From assembly GCA_044222065.1 (NCBI GenBank), contig JBGAOA010000099.1, positions 1-10,719 on the forward strand: a stretch of DNA of 10,719 nucleotides, given 5' to 3'. Numbering within the stretch: position 1 is the first letter of the stretch; the number at the start of each line of letters is the position of its first letter. The position numbers and the translations under genes were made by a program. The notes below the pieces were generated by a model that worked only from the letters and a program-made list of their open reading frames with translations, was not told the DNA's origin and did no database searches. Shown here piece after piece: positions 1-6,804 of this stretch. This DNA comes from Candidatus Eiseniibacteriota bacterium. GTDB taxonomy: Bacteria; Eisenbacteria; RBG-16-71-46.

Positions 1-1
1 G

Positions 2-1489
2 GGCGTGCTCGCCGGCGGCTTCGCGCTCGGCATCGGGCTCGCGCTCGCGGCGGCGTGGCTGCCGGCGGAAGAGGCCTCGCGCGCCCGCCCCGCGCTCGCC
101 GCGCGCGAGGGCGGGCGCCCGCCGCGCGCGCCCCGAGCGCTGCGAATCTCGACGGCCGCGGGCGTCCTCGCGCTCGCGCTCGCGGCGCTCGCGGCGTGGA
201 CCGCGACGTTCGCGCACCGGCCGTACGACGGCTTCGCGAGCGCGTTCTTCGCTCTCGGCGGCTTCGCGCTGCTCGTGCCCGCGGGCACGCTCGCGATCGA
301 GCGCGCGCTGCGCGCCCCGGTGCGCGCGCTCGCGGGCCCCGCGGGCCTGCTCGCGTCGCGCTCGCTCGAGGACTCGGCGGGTCGCACCGCGCCGGTCGTC
401 GCCGCGCTGCTCGTCGCGGTCGCGATGGTCGTCGCGATGTCGGTCATGGTGTCGAGCTTCCGCCGCACGGTGGACGTGTGGGTGCGTCAGAGCATTCGCG
501 GCGACCTCTACGTGGAGCCGGCGGGCGGGCGCGTGAACGGGGGAGCGGCGCGGCTGCCGGCGGCGTTCGTCGCCGCGGTCGGCCGCCTTCCCGGGGTCGA
601 GGCGGTGGACAGCTTCCGCGGAACGCGCGTCGTGTTCGGCGGCCGGCCCGCGCTCGTCGCCGGCGTCGAGTTCGCGGTCCAGCGCGACCGCGGCCGCCTG
701 CTGTTCCGCCGCGGACGCTCCGCCGAGGTCGTGCAACGCGCGCTCTCGGAAGGGGGCGCGATCGTGTCCGAGAGTTTCGCGCGCCATCACCGGCTCGCCG
801 AGGGCGACACGCTGCGCCTGCCCGCGGCCGCCGGCATCGTGCCGCTCGCGATCGCGGGCGTGTTCTACGACTACAGCACCGACGCGGGCGTCGTGTTCCT
901 CGACCGCGCACGCTGGGCGGGGCTGTTCGACGACGACCGCACGCAGAGCCTCGCGCTCTACCTCGCGCCCGGCGCCGACCTCGCGCGCGCCCAGGAGGCC
1001 GTGCGGCGCGAAAGCGCGGGACTGTGGCTGCACGTGACGCCGAACGCGGAGCTGCGCGCGCGCGTGCTCACGGTGTTCGACCGCACGTTTCAGGTCACGT
1101 GGGGGCTGCAGGCGATCGCGGTGCTCGTCGCCGTGCTCGGCGTGCTGAACTCGCTCACCGCGCTCGTGCTCGAGCGCGCCTCGGAACTCGCGATGCTGCG
1201 CGCGGCCGGCGCCGTGCGCGCGCAGATCGTGCGCATCGTGCTCGCCGAGAGCGCGCTGCTCGGCGCGGTCGCGGCGGTGCTCGGCGCGCTGTGCGGCGCG
1301 GTGCTCGCGCTCGTGCTGATCCACGTGATCAACCTGCAGTTCTTCGGCTGGACGATCCGCACCGTGTGGGACCCGCGCGTGTTCGCGGGCGCGATCGCGG
1401 TGGTGCTCGTGGCCGCGCTCGCGGCCGGTTTCGCACCCGCGCGGCTCGCCGCGGCGAGCGAGCCCGCCGCGGGGCTCCGGGAGGAGTAG
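2..1489 (+). CDS. ABC transporter permease, MacB/FtsX family (AttF/AttG-like), 5'-truncated by the window edge
   Basis: The frame is open from the window start to TAG 1487-1489. Several TM helices are followed by a periplasmic MacB-type domain (SFRRTVDVWVRQSIRGDLYV...AIVSESFARHHRLAEGDTLRL...IAGVFYDY). The C-terminus has an FtsX signature (GVLNSLTALVLERASELAMLRAAGAVRAQIVRIVLAES), the subfamily-typical IHVINLQFFGWTI and the ending PARLAA..PAAGLREE. Confidence 0.92.
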   Translation, partial: GVLAGGFALGIGLALAAAWLPAEEASRARPALAAREGGRPPRAPRALRISTAAGVLALALAALAAWTATFAHRPYDGFASAFFALGGFALLVPAGTLAIERALRAPVRALAGPAGLLASRSLEDSAGRTAPVVAALLVAVAMVVAMSVMVSSFRRTVDVWVRQSIRGDLYVEPAGGRVNGGAARLPAAFVAAVGRLPGVEAVDSFRGTRVVFGGRPALVAGVEFAVQRDRGRLLFRRGRSAEVVQRALSEGGAIVSESFARHHRLAEGDTLRLPAAAGIVPLAIAGVFYDYSTDAGVVFLDRARWAGLFDDDRTQSLALYLAPGADLARAQEAVRRESAGLWLHVTPNAELRARVLTVFDRTFQVTWGLQAIAVLVAVLGVLNSLTALVLERASELAMLRAAGAVRAQIVRIVLAESALLGAVAAVLGALCGAVLALVLIHVINLQFFGWTIRTVWDPRVFAGAIAVVLVAALAAGFAPARLAAASEPAAGLREE

Positions 1490-1492
1490 CCG

Positions 1493-2644
1493 ATGAACCT
1501 TCGCCGCGCGCGGATGCCGGCCGTCGTCGCCGCGTCGCTCCTCGCGGGTGCGTTCGCGGCGGGCGCGCCCGCGGCCCCGCGCTCCGCGACGGCCGTGCGC
1601 GACTCGGCCGGCTGGCGGCTCGCGACCGCACCGTACGCCTTTCGCTTTCCGGCCGACCACGCGTCCCACCCGGACTACCGGGTCGAGTGGTGGTATTACA
1701 CGGGGCACCTGCGCGCGGGCGCGCGCCGCTTCGGTTACGAGCTGACGTTCTTCCGCGTCGGGCTCGACCGCCGCTGGCGCGGGCATCCGTCGCGCTGGGC
1801 GCCGTCCGACGTGATCCTCGCGCACGCGGCGCTCACGGACGAGGGCGCGAAGCGGTTCCGTCACGACGAGCGCGCGGCGCGGCCGGCGCTCGATCTCGCC
1901 GGCGCCGACAGCGCGCGCTATCGCGTGTGGGCCGGCGACTGGAGCGCCCGACTCGACGACGACGGGCATACGCACCGGCTCGCCGCCAACGCCGACGGCT
2001 TCGGCTTCGCGCTCGCGCTCGAGCCCGTGAAGCCGCCCGCGATCCACGGCGAGGACGGCGTGAGCCGCAAGGCGCCGGGCCTCGCGAACGCGTCGCACTA
2101 CTACTCGCTCACGCGGCTCGCGACACGCGGAACGCTCGTCCTCGGCGGGGACACGCTCGCGGTCGAGGGCGACTCCTGGATGGATCACGAATTCGGCTCG
2201 GGCTCGCTCGGCGCGGACCAGGTCGGATGGGACTGGACGAGCGTCCAGCTCGACGACGGCACGGAGCTGATGCTCTACGCGCTGCGGCGCCGCGACGGCA
2301 CGACCGAGCCGCTGTCGGCCGGCACGTGGATCGCGGCCGACGGCCGCACGACGCGGCTCGCGCTCGAGGCGTTCCAGGTCGTGCCGCGCGACGCGTGGAC
2401 GAGCCCGGTGACCGGCGCGCGTTACCCGTCGGGTTGGGAGGTGCGCGTGCCGTCGCTCGAACTCGCGCTCACGCTCACGCCGGTGCTTCGCGACCAGGAG
2501 CTCGTCGCCACGCGAACCGGCGGCGTCGTCTACTGGGAGGGCGCGGTGCGCGTCGAGGGTGTGAGGGGAGGCCGGCCCGTGAACGGCCGGGGCTACGTCG
2601 AGCTGACCGGGTACGCGGGACGTCCGCCGGGTTTCCGCCGCTGA
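1493..2644 (+). CDS. Secreted AttH/CrtC-like lipocalin-domain protein (often annotated carotenoid 1,2-hydratase or lipocalin-like domain protein)
   Basis: ATG 1493 lies 3 nt after the permease stop, with SD-like GAGGAG at 1481-1486. It has an N-terminal signal peptide and the family motifs FRFPADHASHPDYRVEWWYYTGHL, FGYELTFFR, ASHYYSLTRL, SWMDHEFGS, GWDWTSVQLDDG, WTSPVTGARYP, DQEL, YWEGAV and GYVELTGY. Confidence 0.92.
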   Translation: MNLRRARMPAVVAASLLAGAFAAGAPAAPRSATAVRDSAGWRLATAPYAFRFPADHASHPDYRVEWWYYTGHLRAGARRFGYELTFFRVGLDRRWRGHPSRWAPSDVILAHAALTDEGAKRFRHDERAARPALDLAGADSARYRVWAGDWSARLDDDGHTHRLAANADGFGFALALEPVKPPAIHGEDGVSRKAPGLANASHYYSLTRLATRGTLVLGGDTLAVEGDSWMDHEFGSGSLGADQVGWDWTSVQLDDGTELMLYALRRRDGTTEPLSAGTWIAADGRTTRLALEAFQVVPRDAWTSPVTGARYPSGWEVRVPSLELALTLTPVLRDQELVATRTGGVVYWEGAVRVEGVRGGRPVNGRGYVELTGYAGRPPGFRR

Positions 2645-2675
2645 GGCGCGCCGGGTCGTGCGCGCGGACGGAGCG

Positions 2676-2684
2676 TGCTAGCGT
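2676..2684 (+). promoter_or_regulatory. Putative extended -10 promoter (TGcTAGCGT) for the OB-fold lipoprotein gene
   Basis: TG-n-TAnnnT match in a 77-nt intergenic gap, upstream of SD GGAGG (2713-2717) and ATG 2722. TA dinucleotides are rare in this DNA. Confidence 0.45.
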
Positions 2685-2721
2685 GCGCTCGCTCCCGAAC
2701 GAATCCGCCCCCGGAGGTCCC

Positions 2722-3075
2722 ATGCGTACGTTCCGTTCGCTGTCGCTGCTCGCGCTCGCGTTCGCCCTCGCCGTCGGAGCGCTCGCGTGCAAGGACACCC
2801 GCGTCACGACCGTGAAGCAGCTGCTCGACGATCCCGCGATGTACGACGGCAAGGTGGTGCGCGTCGCCGGCGACGTGACCGAGGCGATCGGCGTGCTCGG
2901 ATACGGTGGCTACCGGCTCGACGACGGCACGGGCAAGATCGCGATCGTCGTCCAGGGCAGCGGCGCACCCCGTGTCGGGGCGAAGGTCGTGAGCGAGGGC
3001 ACGTTCCGCTCCGCGTTCACGCTCGGCGCCGAGACGCTCGCCGCGATCCTCGAGTCGCGCCGCATCGCGCCCTGA
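2722..3075 (+). CDS. Small OB-fold lipoprotein (117 aa), function unknown
   Basis: This is the real 3' part of the 55..3075 shadow ORF. SD GGAGG 2713-2717, ATG 2722. Signal peptide MRTFRSLSLLALAFALAVGALA-C ends in a lipobox Cys. TVKQLLDDPAMYDGKVVRVAGDV and YRLDDGTGKIAIVV...GAKVVSEGTF are typical OB-fold patterns. Confidence 0.8.
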   Translation: MRTFRSLSLLALAFALAVGALACKDTRVTTVKQLLDDPAMYDGKVVRVAGDVTEAIGVLGYGGYRLDDGTGKIAIVVQGSGAPRVGAKVVSEGTFRSAFTLGAETLAAILESRRIAP

Positions 3076-3081
3076 CCCCCG

Positions 3082-3104
3082 GGGGCGGGGTACACTCCCG
3101 CCCC
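3082..3104 (+). promoter_or_regulatory. -10-like hexamer TACACT (3091-3096) inside an 8-bp perfect inverted repeat; possible leaderless promoter
   Basis: GGGGCGGG(3082-3089)-GTACACT-CCCGCCCC(3097-3104) is followed immediately by ATG 3105. There is no clear SD and no clear -35. Confidence 0.4.
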
Positions 3105-5510
3105 ATGCTTCGCCCCGCTCGACTCTGGCCGCCCGCCGGCGGCCGTTCCTGGCCGCTGCTCGCGCTGCTCGCGCTGCTCGCGCTGCTCGGGTGGACCGGC
3201 GACGCTCGGGCCGTGCTCGACATCAACGACCGCGGCCCGCACCTCGAGCGCGCGAACTTCAACCTGCGCGTGACGAACGCAGGCATCGTCGGCAACGCGT
3301 TCCTCGACCAGGGGCTCTCGAACGATCCGTCCTTCGAGAGCCCGCCGGGTTCCGGATTCGAGCTGCTGCACTACGGCGCCCTGTGGGTGGGCGCGCGCGA
3401 CGACGCGGGCGTGCCGCACGTGTCCGGCGGCCCGATCCTCGAATTCCGGCCGACGCTCGAAGCCGACGACGTCGTGCACCTCGGCGAGTACGGCCGCCCG
3501 GGCGCGCGGCGCTTCGTGGACGACGACGGCGACGGCGCCGTGGACGAAGAAACGCTGAACGGCCGCGACGACGACGGCGACCTCGAGGTGGACGAGGACC
3601 TCGGGCTGTTCGCGCAGCAGATCGCCTCGGCCGACTTCACCGACGACCGCCCCGAGGCGGTGGAATTCGTGTACCCGGGCGGCGAGCAGCACCGGCCGCT
3701 GCAGGTCTCGGTGCACCACGAGGCGTATGCCTGGTCCACGCCCGGTGTGGACCGTGTCGCGGGGCTGAGCTTCGTCGTGACGAACCACGGCGCTCGGGCC
3801 CTGCACGAGGTGCGGCTCGGCTTCTACGCCGACCTCGACTCGAAGTTGCGCACCGACGTCGGCGGACACCTGAACGACCGCGTGGACTGGCAGTCCTACG
3901 ACGTGCTCGTTCCGGAGCCGCCCGACACGACGCACACGCGACCGGGCGAGGTCGTGTGCACCGAGCTGCCCTGCACGATCGGGCTGTGCTGGACGCGGCT
4001 CAGCCAGCGGGTCCCGGTCGTGCGCGACGCGCTCTCGAGCGACCTGCCGCGCGTCGCCGCCGTCGGGCTCTGGCACACGACCGATCCGCTCGCGAGTGCG
4101 GCGAGCGACACGCTGCGGGCGTTCGCGCGCGCTCCCGCCACGGCCTCGATGCGTTCGCACGTGCTCGCCGTCGCGCTCCCGCCGCAGGACGGGGGGCTGC
4201 CGACGACCGACGCGGATCGCTACCGACTGCTCGCGGGCGACTGGCCCGAGGCCGACACGTCCGTGCCCGGCGACTTCGTCGTCGTGGTCGAGTGCGGTCC
4301 ATTCGGTCGCCTCGATCCCGGGCAGTCGCTCGAGTTCCACGTCGCGCTCGTCGCGGCCGCGAACGCCGACAGCCTGCATTCGGCGCTCGGTCGCGCGGCC
4401 GTGCTGGAACTCGGCGAGAAGGCGAACCTGATCCCGGACGACGCGAGCCCGGACTCGGCGCTGTGGAATCACGGCGACACGGGGCGCAACGGCCACGAGA
4501 TCTGCTTCGAGCCGCCGCCGGGTCTCGATCAGATCCTGCTCGACCCGCACTGCTCTCAGCGCTACGTGGACCAGCTGGGCGACCCGCTCTTTCCGCCTCA
4601 GCCCGTGCCCTACACGCGCGGGCGCTGCGTCTGGACCGATCTCGACTGCGACGGCTGCACGGGGCAGGGGGGCTACGACCGCATCGTGCGCTGGAGCGAT
4701 CCCGGGCGCGATCCGCCGGGTCCCGCGTTCCGCTTGAGTCCGCTCGACCACGCGGTGCGCGTCGAGTGGGACAACCTGCCCGAGCTGCTCGTCCGCGCGG
4801 GCCAGCTCGGAGCGGGGACCGAGTTCCTCGGCTACCGGGTGTGGCGCGTCGCGGACTGGCGCGAGCGACCCTCGCTCGTGCCGCCCGAGCCGCGCTGGGC
4901 GATCGTCGCGAGCTTCGGCCCGGACTCGCTCAGCGGTCAGATCCCGATTCCGTCCGTGACCGACTCGACGGTCGCGCACGACCGGCTGCTGTGGGACGGC
5001 GAGCACTTCCCGGTCGGCCGCTACCGGTGGGACGACCCCGAGGTGTTGAACGGCTTCGACTACCTGTACGTCGTGACGACGCTCGTGCGCCTGCACGGCC
5101 GCGACGCGGACTTGCGCCCGATGGCGCGCATCGCCGAGACGCCGATCGCCGCCGACTTCGAGCAGCGCATCGTGCCGCTCGCCGCAGCGCGCGAGGACCC
5201 GCACGGCGTGTGGGTCGTGCCGAATCCGTTCCGCGCCACCGCCGAGTGGGATCGGCCGGTCACGTACGGCGACGCGCTCACGCGTCACATCGACTTCATG
5301 GGCCTGCCGCGCGCGCGCGCGACGATCCGCATCTACACGGTCGCCGGCGACTTCGTGGCGCAGATCGACCACGACGGACGCTCGGGCCGTGGCGAAGCGT
5401 CGTGGGACCTCATCTCGCGCAACGGTCAGGACGTCGCCTCGGGCATCTACCTGTTCACCGTGAATTCGGCGCTCGGGCACCACGTCGGGCGCTTCGTGGT
5501 GATCCGATGA
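3105..5510 (+). CDS. Large secreted protein (801 aa) with Asp-rich Ca-binding repeats, an FN3-like region and a T9SS type-A/FlgD-Ig-like C-terminal domain
   Basis: The start was moved from 2787 to ATG 3105, just after the upstream stop and before a signal peptide (LLALLALLALLGWTGDARA). It contains DDDGDGAVDEE and DDDGDLEVDED repeats, 9 Cys, and FN3-like PPGPAFRLSPLDHAVRVEWDN...FLGYRVWR...NGFDYLYVVTT. The C-terminus reads VWVVPNPF...ATIRIYTVAGDFV...ASWDLISRNGQDVASGIYLFTV...GRFVVIR. Confidence 0.82.
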   Translation: MLRPARLWPPAGGRSWPLLALLALLALLGWTGDARAVLDINDRGPHLERANFNLRVTNAGIVGNAFLDQGLSNDPSFESPPGSGFELLHYGALWVGARDDAGVPHVSGGPILEFRPTLEADDVVHLGEYGRPGARRFVDDDGDGAVDEETLNGRDDDGDLEVDEDLGLFAQQIASADFTDDRPEAVEFVYPGGEQHRPLQVSVHHEAYAWSTPGVDRVAGLSFVVTNHGARALHEVRLGFYADLDSKLRTDVGGHLNDRVDWQSYDVLVPEPPDTTHTRPGEVVCTELPCTIGLCWTRLSQRVPVVRDALSSDLPRVAAVGLWHTTDPLASAASDTLRAFARAPATASMRSHVLAVALPPQDGGLPTTDADRYRLLAGDWPEADTSVPGDFVVVVECGPFGRLDPGQSLEFHVALVAAANADSLHSALGRAAVLELGEKANLIPDDASPDSALWNHGDTGRNGHEICFEPPPGLDQILLDPHCSQRYVDQLGDPLFPPQPVPYTRGRCVWTDLDCDGCTGQGGYDRIVRWSDPGRDPPGPAFRLSPLDHAVRVEWDNLPELLVRAGQLGAGTEFLGYRVWRVADWRERPSLVPPEPRWAIVASFGPDSLSGQIPIPSVTDSTVAHDRLLWDGEHFPVGRYRWDDPEVLNGFDYLYVVTTLVRLHGRDADLRPMARIAETPIAADFEQRIVPLAAAREDPHGVWVVPNPFRATAEWDRPVTYGDALTRHIDFMGLPRARATIRIYTVAGDFVAQIDHDGRSGRGEASWDLISRNGQDVASGIYLFTVNSALGHHVGRFVVIR
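3154..3189 (+). repeat. Perfect in-frame tandem repeat (CGCTGCTCG)x4 in the signal peptide
   Basis: Four exact 9-bp copies start at 3154, 3163, 3172 and 3181 and encode LLALLALLALL. Confidence 0.9.
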
Positions 5511-6772
5511 GGCGCCTCGTCCTCGGTCTGACGGTGACGTCGGCGCTCGCGCTCGCGGCCGCGGGCTGCGGCATTCCCGATCCGCCGCCGAACGCTCCCG
5601 ATCCCGCCGTGCCGCCGGCGCTCTCGATCTTCACGGCGGTGTACCCGCCGCCCGAGAGCACGGTCGTCTACGACACGCCGATCTGGTGCGAATTCCGGGA
5701 CGCTCCCGACCCCGCGACGCTCACCGAGACGAACGTGTTCCTGAAGCGCGACACGCGCCGCGTGCCCGTGACGCTGAGTTGGAACGGCGCCGCGCGCCGG
5801 CTCGCGCTCGCGCCGCGGATCGCGCTCGACCTGCGCGCCGCGTACACGATCGAGATCACGTCGCGCGTGCGCGACGCGGCCGGGCGCGTGCTCGCCGACG
5901 GCGCGTTCTGGCAGTTCCGGACGAACTCGTTGCGGCGCCCCCGCGCCGCGCCGCGCAGCGCGCCGGACGTGCCCGAGTCCCCGTTCTCGCCGCTGCGCTG
6001 GGACACGACCGAAACGAGCGCCGGATTCCTCTCGTACGACGTGTTCGCGGGAGAGGACTCGGCCGCCGTCGCGGCGCTCGCGACGCCCGTCCTCGCGGGC
6101 CGGGAGGACGGCTTCTGGCTGCCGGCCTCGCCGTGGACGCTCGACCGCCGCTACTTCTTCCGCGTGCGCGCGACGAATCGCTCGACGGGCGAGTCGCTGC
6201 TCGGCGACGTGTCCGCGTTCCAGACCCTGCCCGCCTCGACGCCGGTGGATTCGATCGTCGTGCCCGCGCTCGAGTGGGGGTACTCGCTCAACCTGACGAA
6301 CCAGAACTTCTGCAACCTGGCCGGCCTGCAGGTGAGTCCCGGCCGCACGATCGCGGCGTGGAAGTGGCGACTTCCCGATCCGGCCGACGACCTGCGTCTG
6401 GCGGGTGCGCGCGTCGTGAATCGCGCCGCCTGGAGCGGCAACCTTACGAACGTCATTCCGCGCCTCGCTTCGACCGCGGCCCCGTGGCGGGCCTGCGGCA
6501 TCAACAAGTTCGAAGCGCCGGTCGTCGAGCAATTCCTCGCGACCGGCGTCCTGGTCGCGGGGCCGGCCGTGCTCTTCGAATCGGTCGCGCTCACGGCGCA
6601 CCTCGAATCGGCTGCGCGCTACCGGCGACAGACGGGGTACTCGCTCGCGAGCGCCTCCACGATCACGTACAGCCTGCTGCGCCCCGCGGAATCCGGGTTC
6701 GGCGGGCTCACGCTCTACGTCTATCGTCCGCCGGCGAGCGCACCGATCGCGGTGCACGCGCCGCAGCCTTGA
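5507..6772 (+). CDS. Lipoprotein (421 aa) with an Ig-like Big_5/SbsA-type domain, an FN3-like domain and an unassigned C-terminal beta domain
   Basis: This is the real 3' part of the 3191..6772 shadow ORF. It overlaps the upstream stop as ATGA (5507-5510). MRRLVLGLTVTSALALAAAG-C is a lipobox, followed by a Pro-rich linker. Big_5 pattern: VYPPPE...PIWCEFRDAPDPATL...RLALAPRIALDLRAAYTIEITSRVRDAAGRVL...WQFRT. FN3-like pattern: LRW...YDVFAG...YFFRVRATN...GDVSAFQT. Confidence 0.8.
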   Translation: MRRLVLGLTVTSALALAAAGCGIPDPPPNAPDPAVPPALSIFTAVYPPPESTVVYDTPIWCEFRDAPDPATLTETNVFLKRDTRRVPVTLSWNGAARRLALAPRIALDLRAAYTIEITSRVRDAAGRVLADGAFWQFRTNSLRRPRAAPRSAPDVPESPFSPLRWDTTETSAGFLSYDVFAGEDSAAVAALATPVLAGREDGFWLPASPWTLDRRYFFRVRATNRSTGESLLGDVSAFQTLPASTPVDSIVVPALEWGYSLNLTNQNFCNLAGLQVSPGRTIAAWKWRLPDPADDLRLAGARVVNRAAWSGNLTNVIPRLASTAAPWRACGINKFEAPVVEQFLATGVLVAGPAVLFESVALTAHLESAARYRRQTGYSLASASTITYSLLRPAESGFGGLTLYVYRPPASAPIAVHAPQP

Positions 6773-6798
6773 CGCCTCGAGAGGCCGCCGCCTAGGCT
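6769..6798 (+). promoter_or_regulatory. Putative sigma70-type promoter TTGACG-N18-TAGGCT, positioned for a leaderless mRNA
   Basis: The -35 TTGACG (6769-6774) overlaps the upstream TGA stop. The -10 TAGGCT is at 6793-6798, and 6 nt separate it from GTG 6805. No SD lies between them. Confidence 0.55.
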
Positions 6799-6804
6799 GC
6801 GGCC

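Noticed and set aside
1493..2644. Calling the gene crtC (carotenoid biosynthesis)
   Set aside because: It has a signal peptide, is coupled to an ABC permease and has no crt neighbours, which fits the AttH-like subfamily.
55..2721. N-terminal ~890 aa of the 1006-aa ORF 55..3075
   Set aside because: Arg/Ala/Gly-rich off-frame shadow of the permease and lipocalin genes. Only 2722-3075 is a real gene.
2910..5483. 857-aa minus-strand ORF, and other long antisense ORFs (5447..6757, 6721..7482, 7457..8848, 8701..9918, 9311..10444)
   Set aside because: Antisense shadows expected when high GC depletes stop codons. They have no recognisable motifs and overlap well-supported plus-strand genes.
3191..5506. 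N-terminal part of the 1193-aa ORF 3191..6772
   Set aside because: Off-frame shadow of the 801-aa gene. The real lipoprotein starts at ATG 5507.
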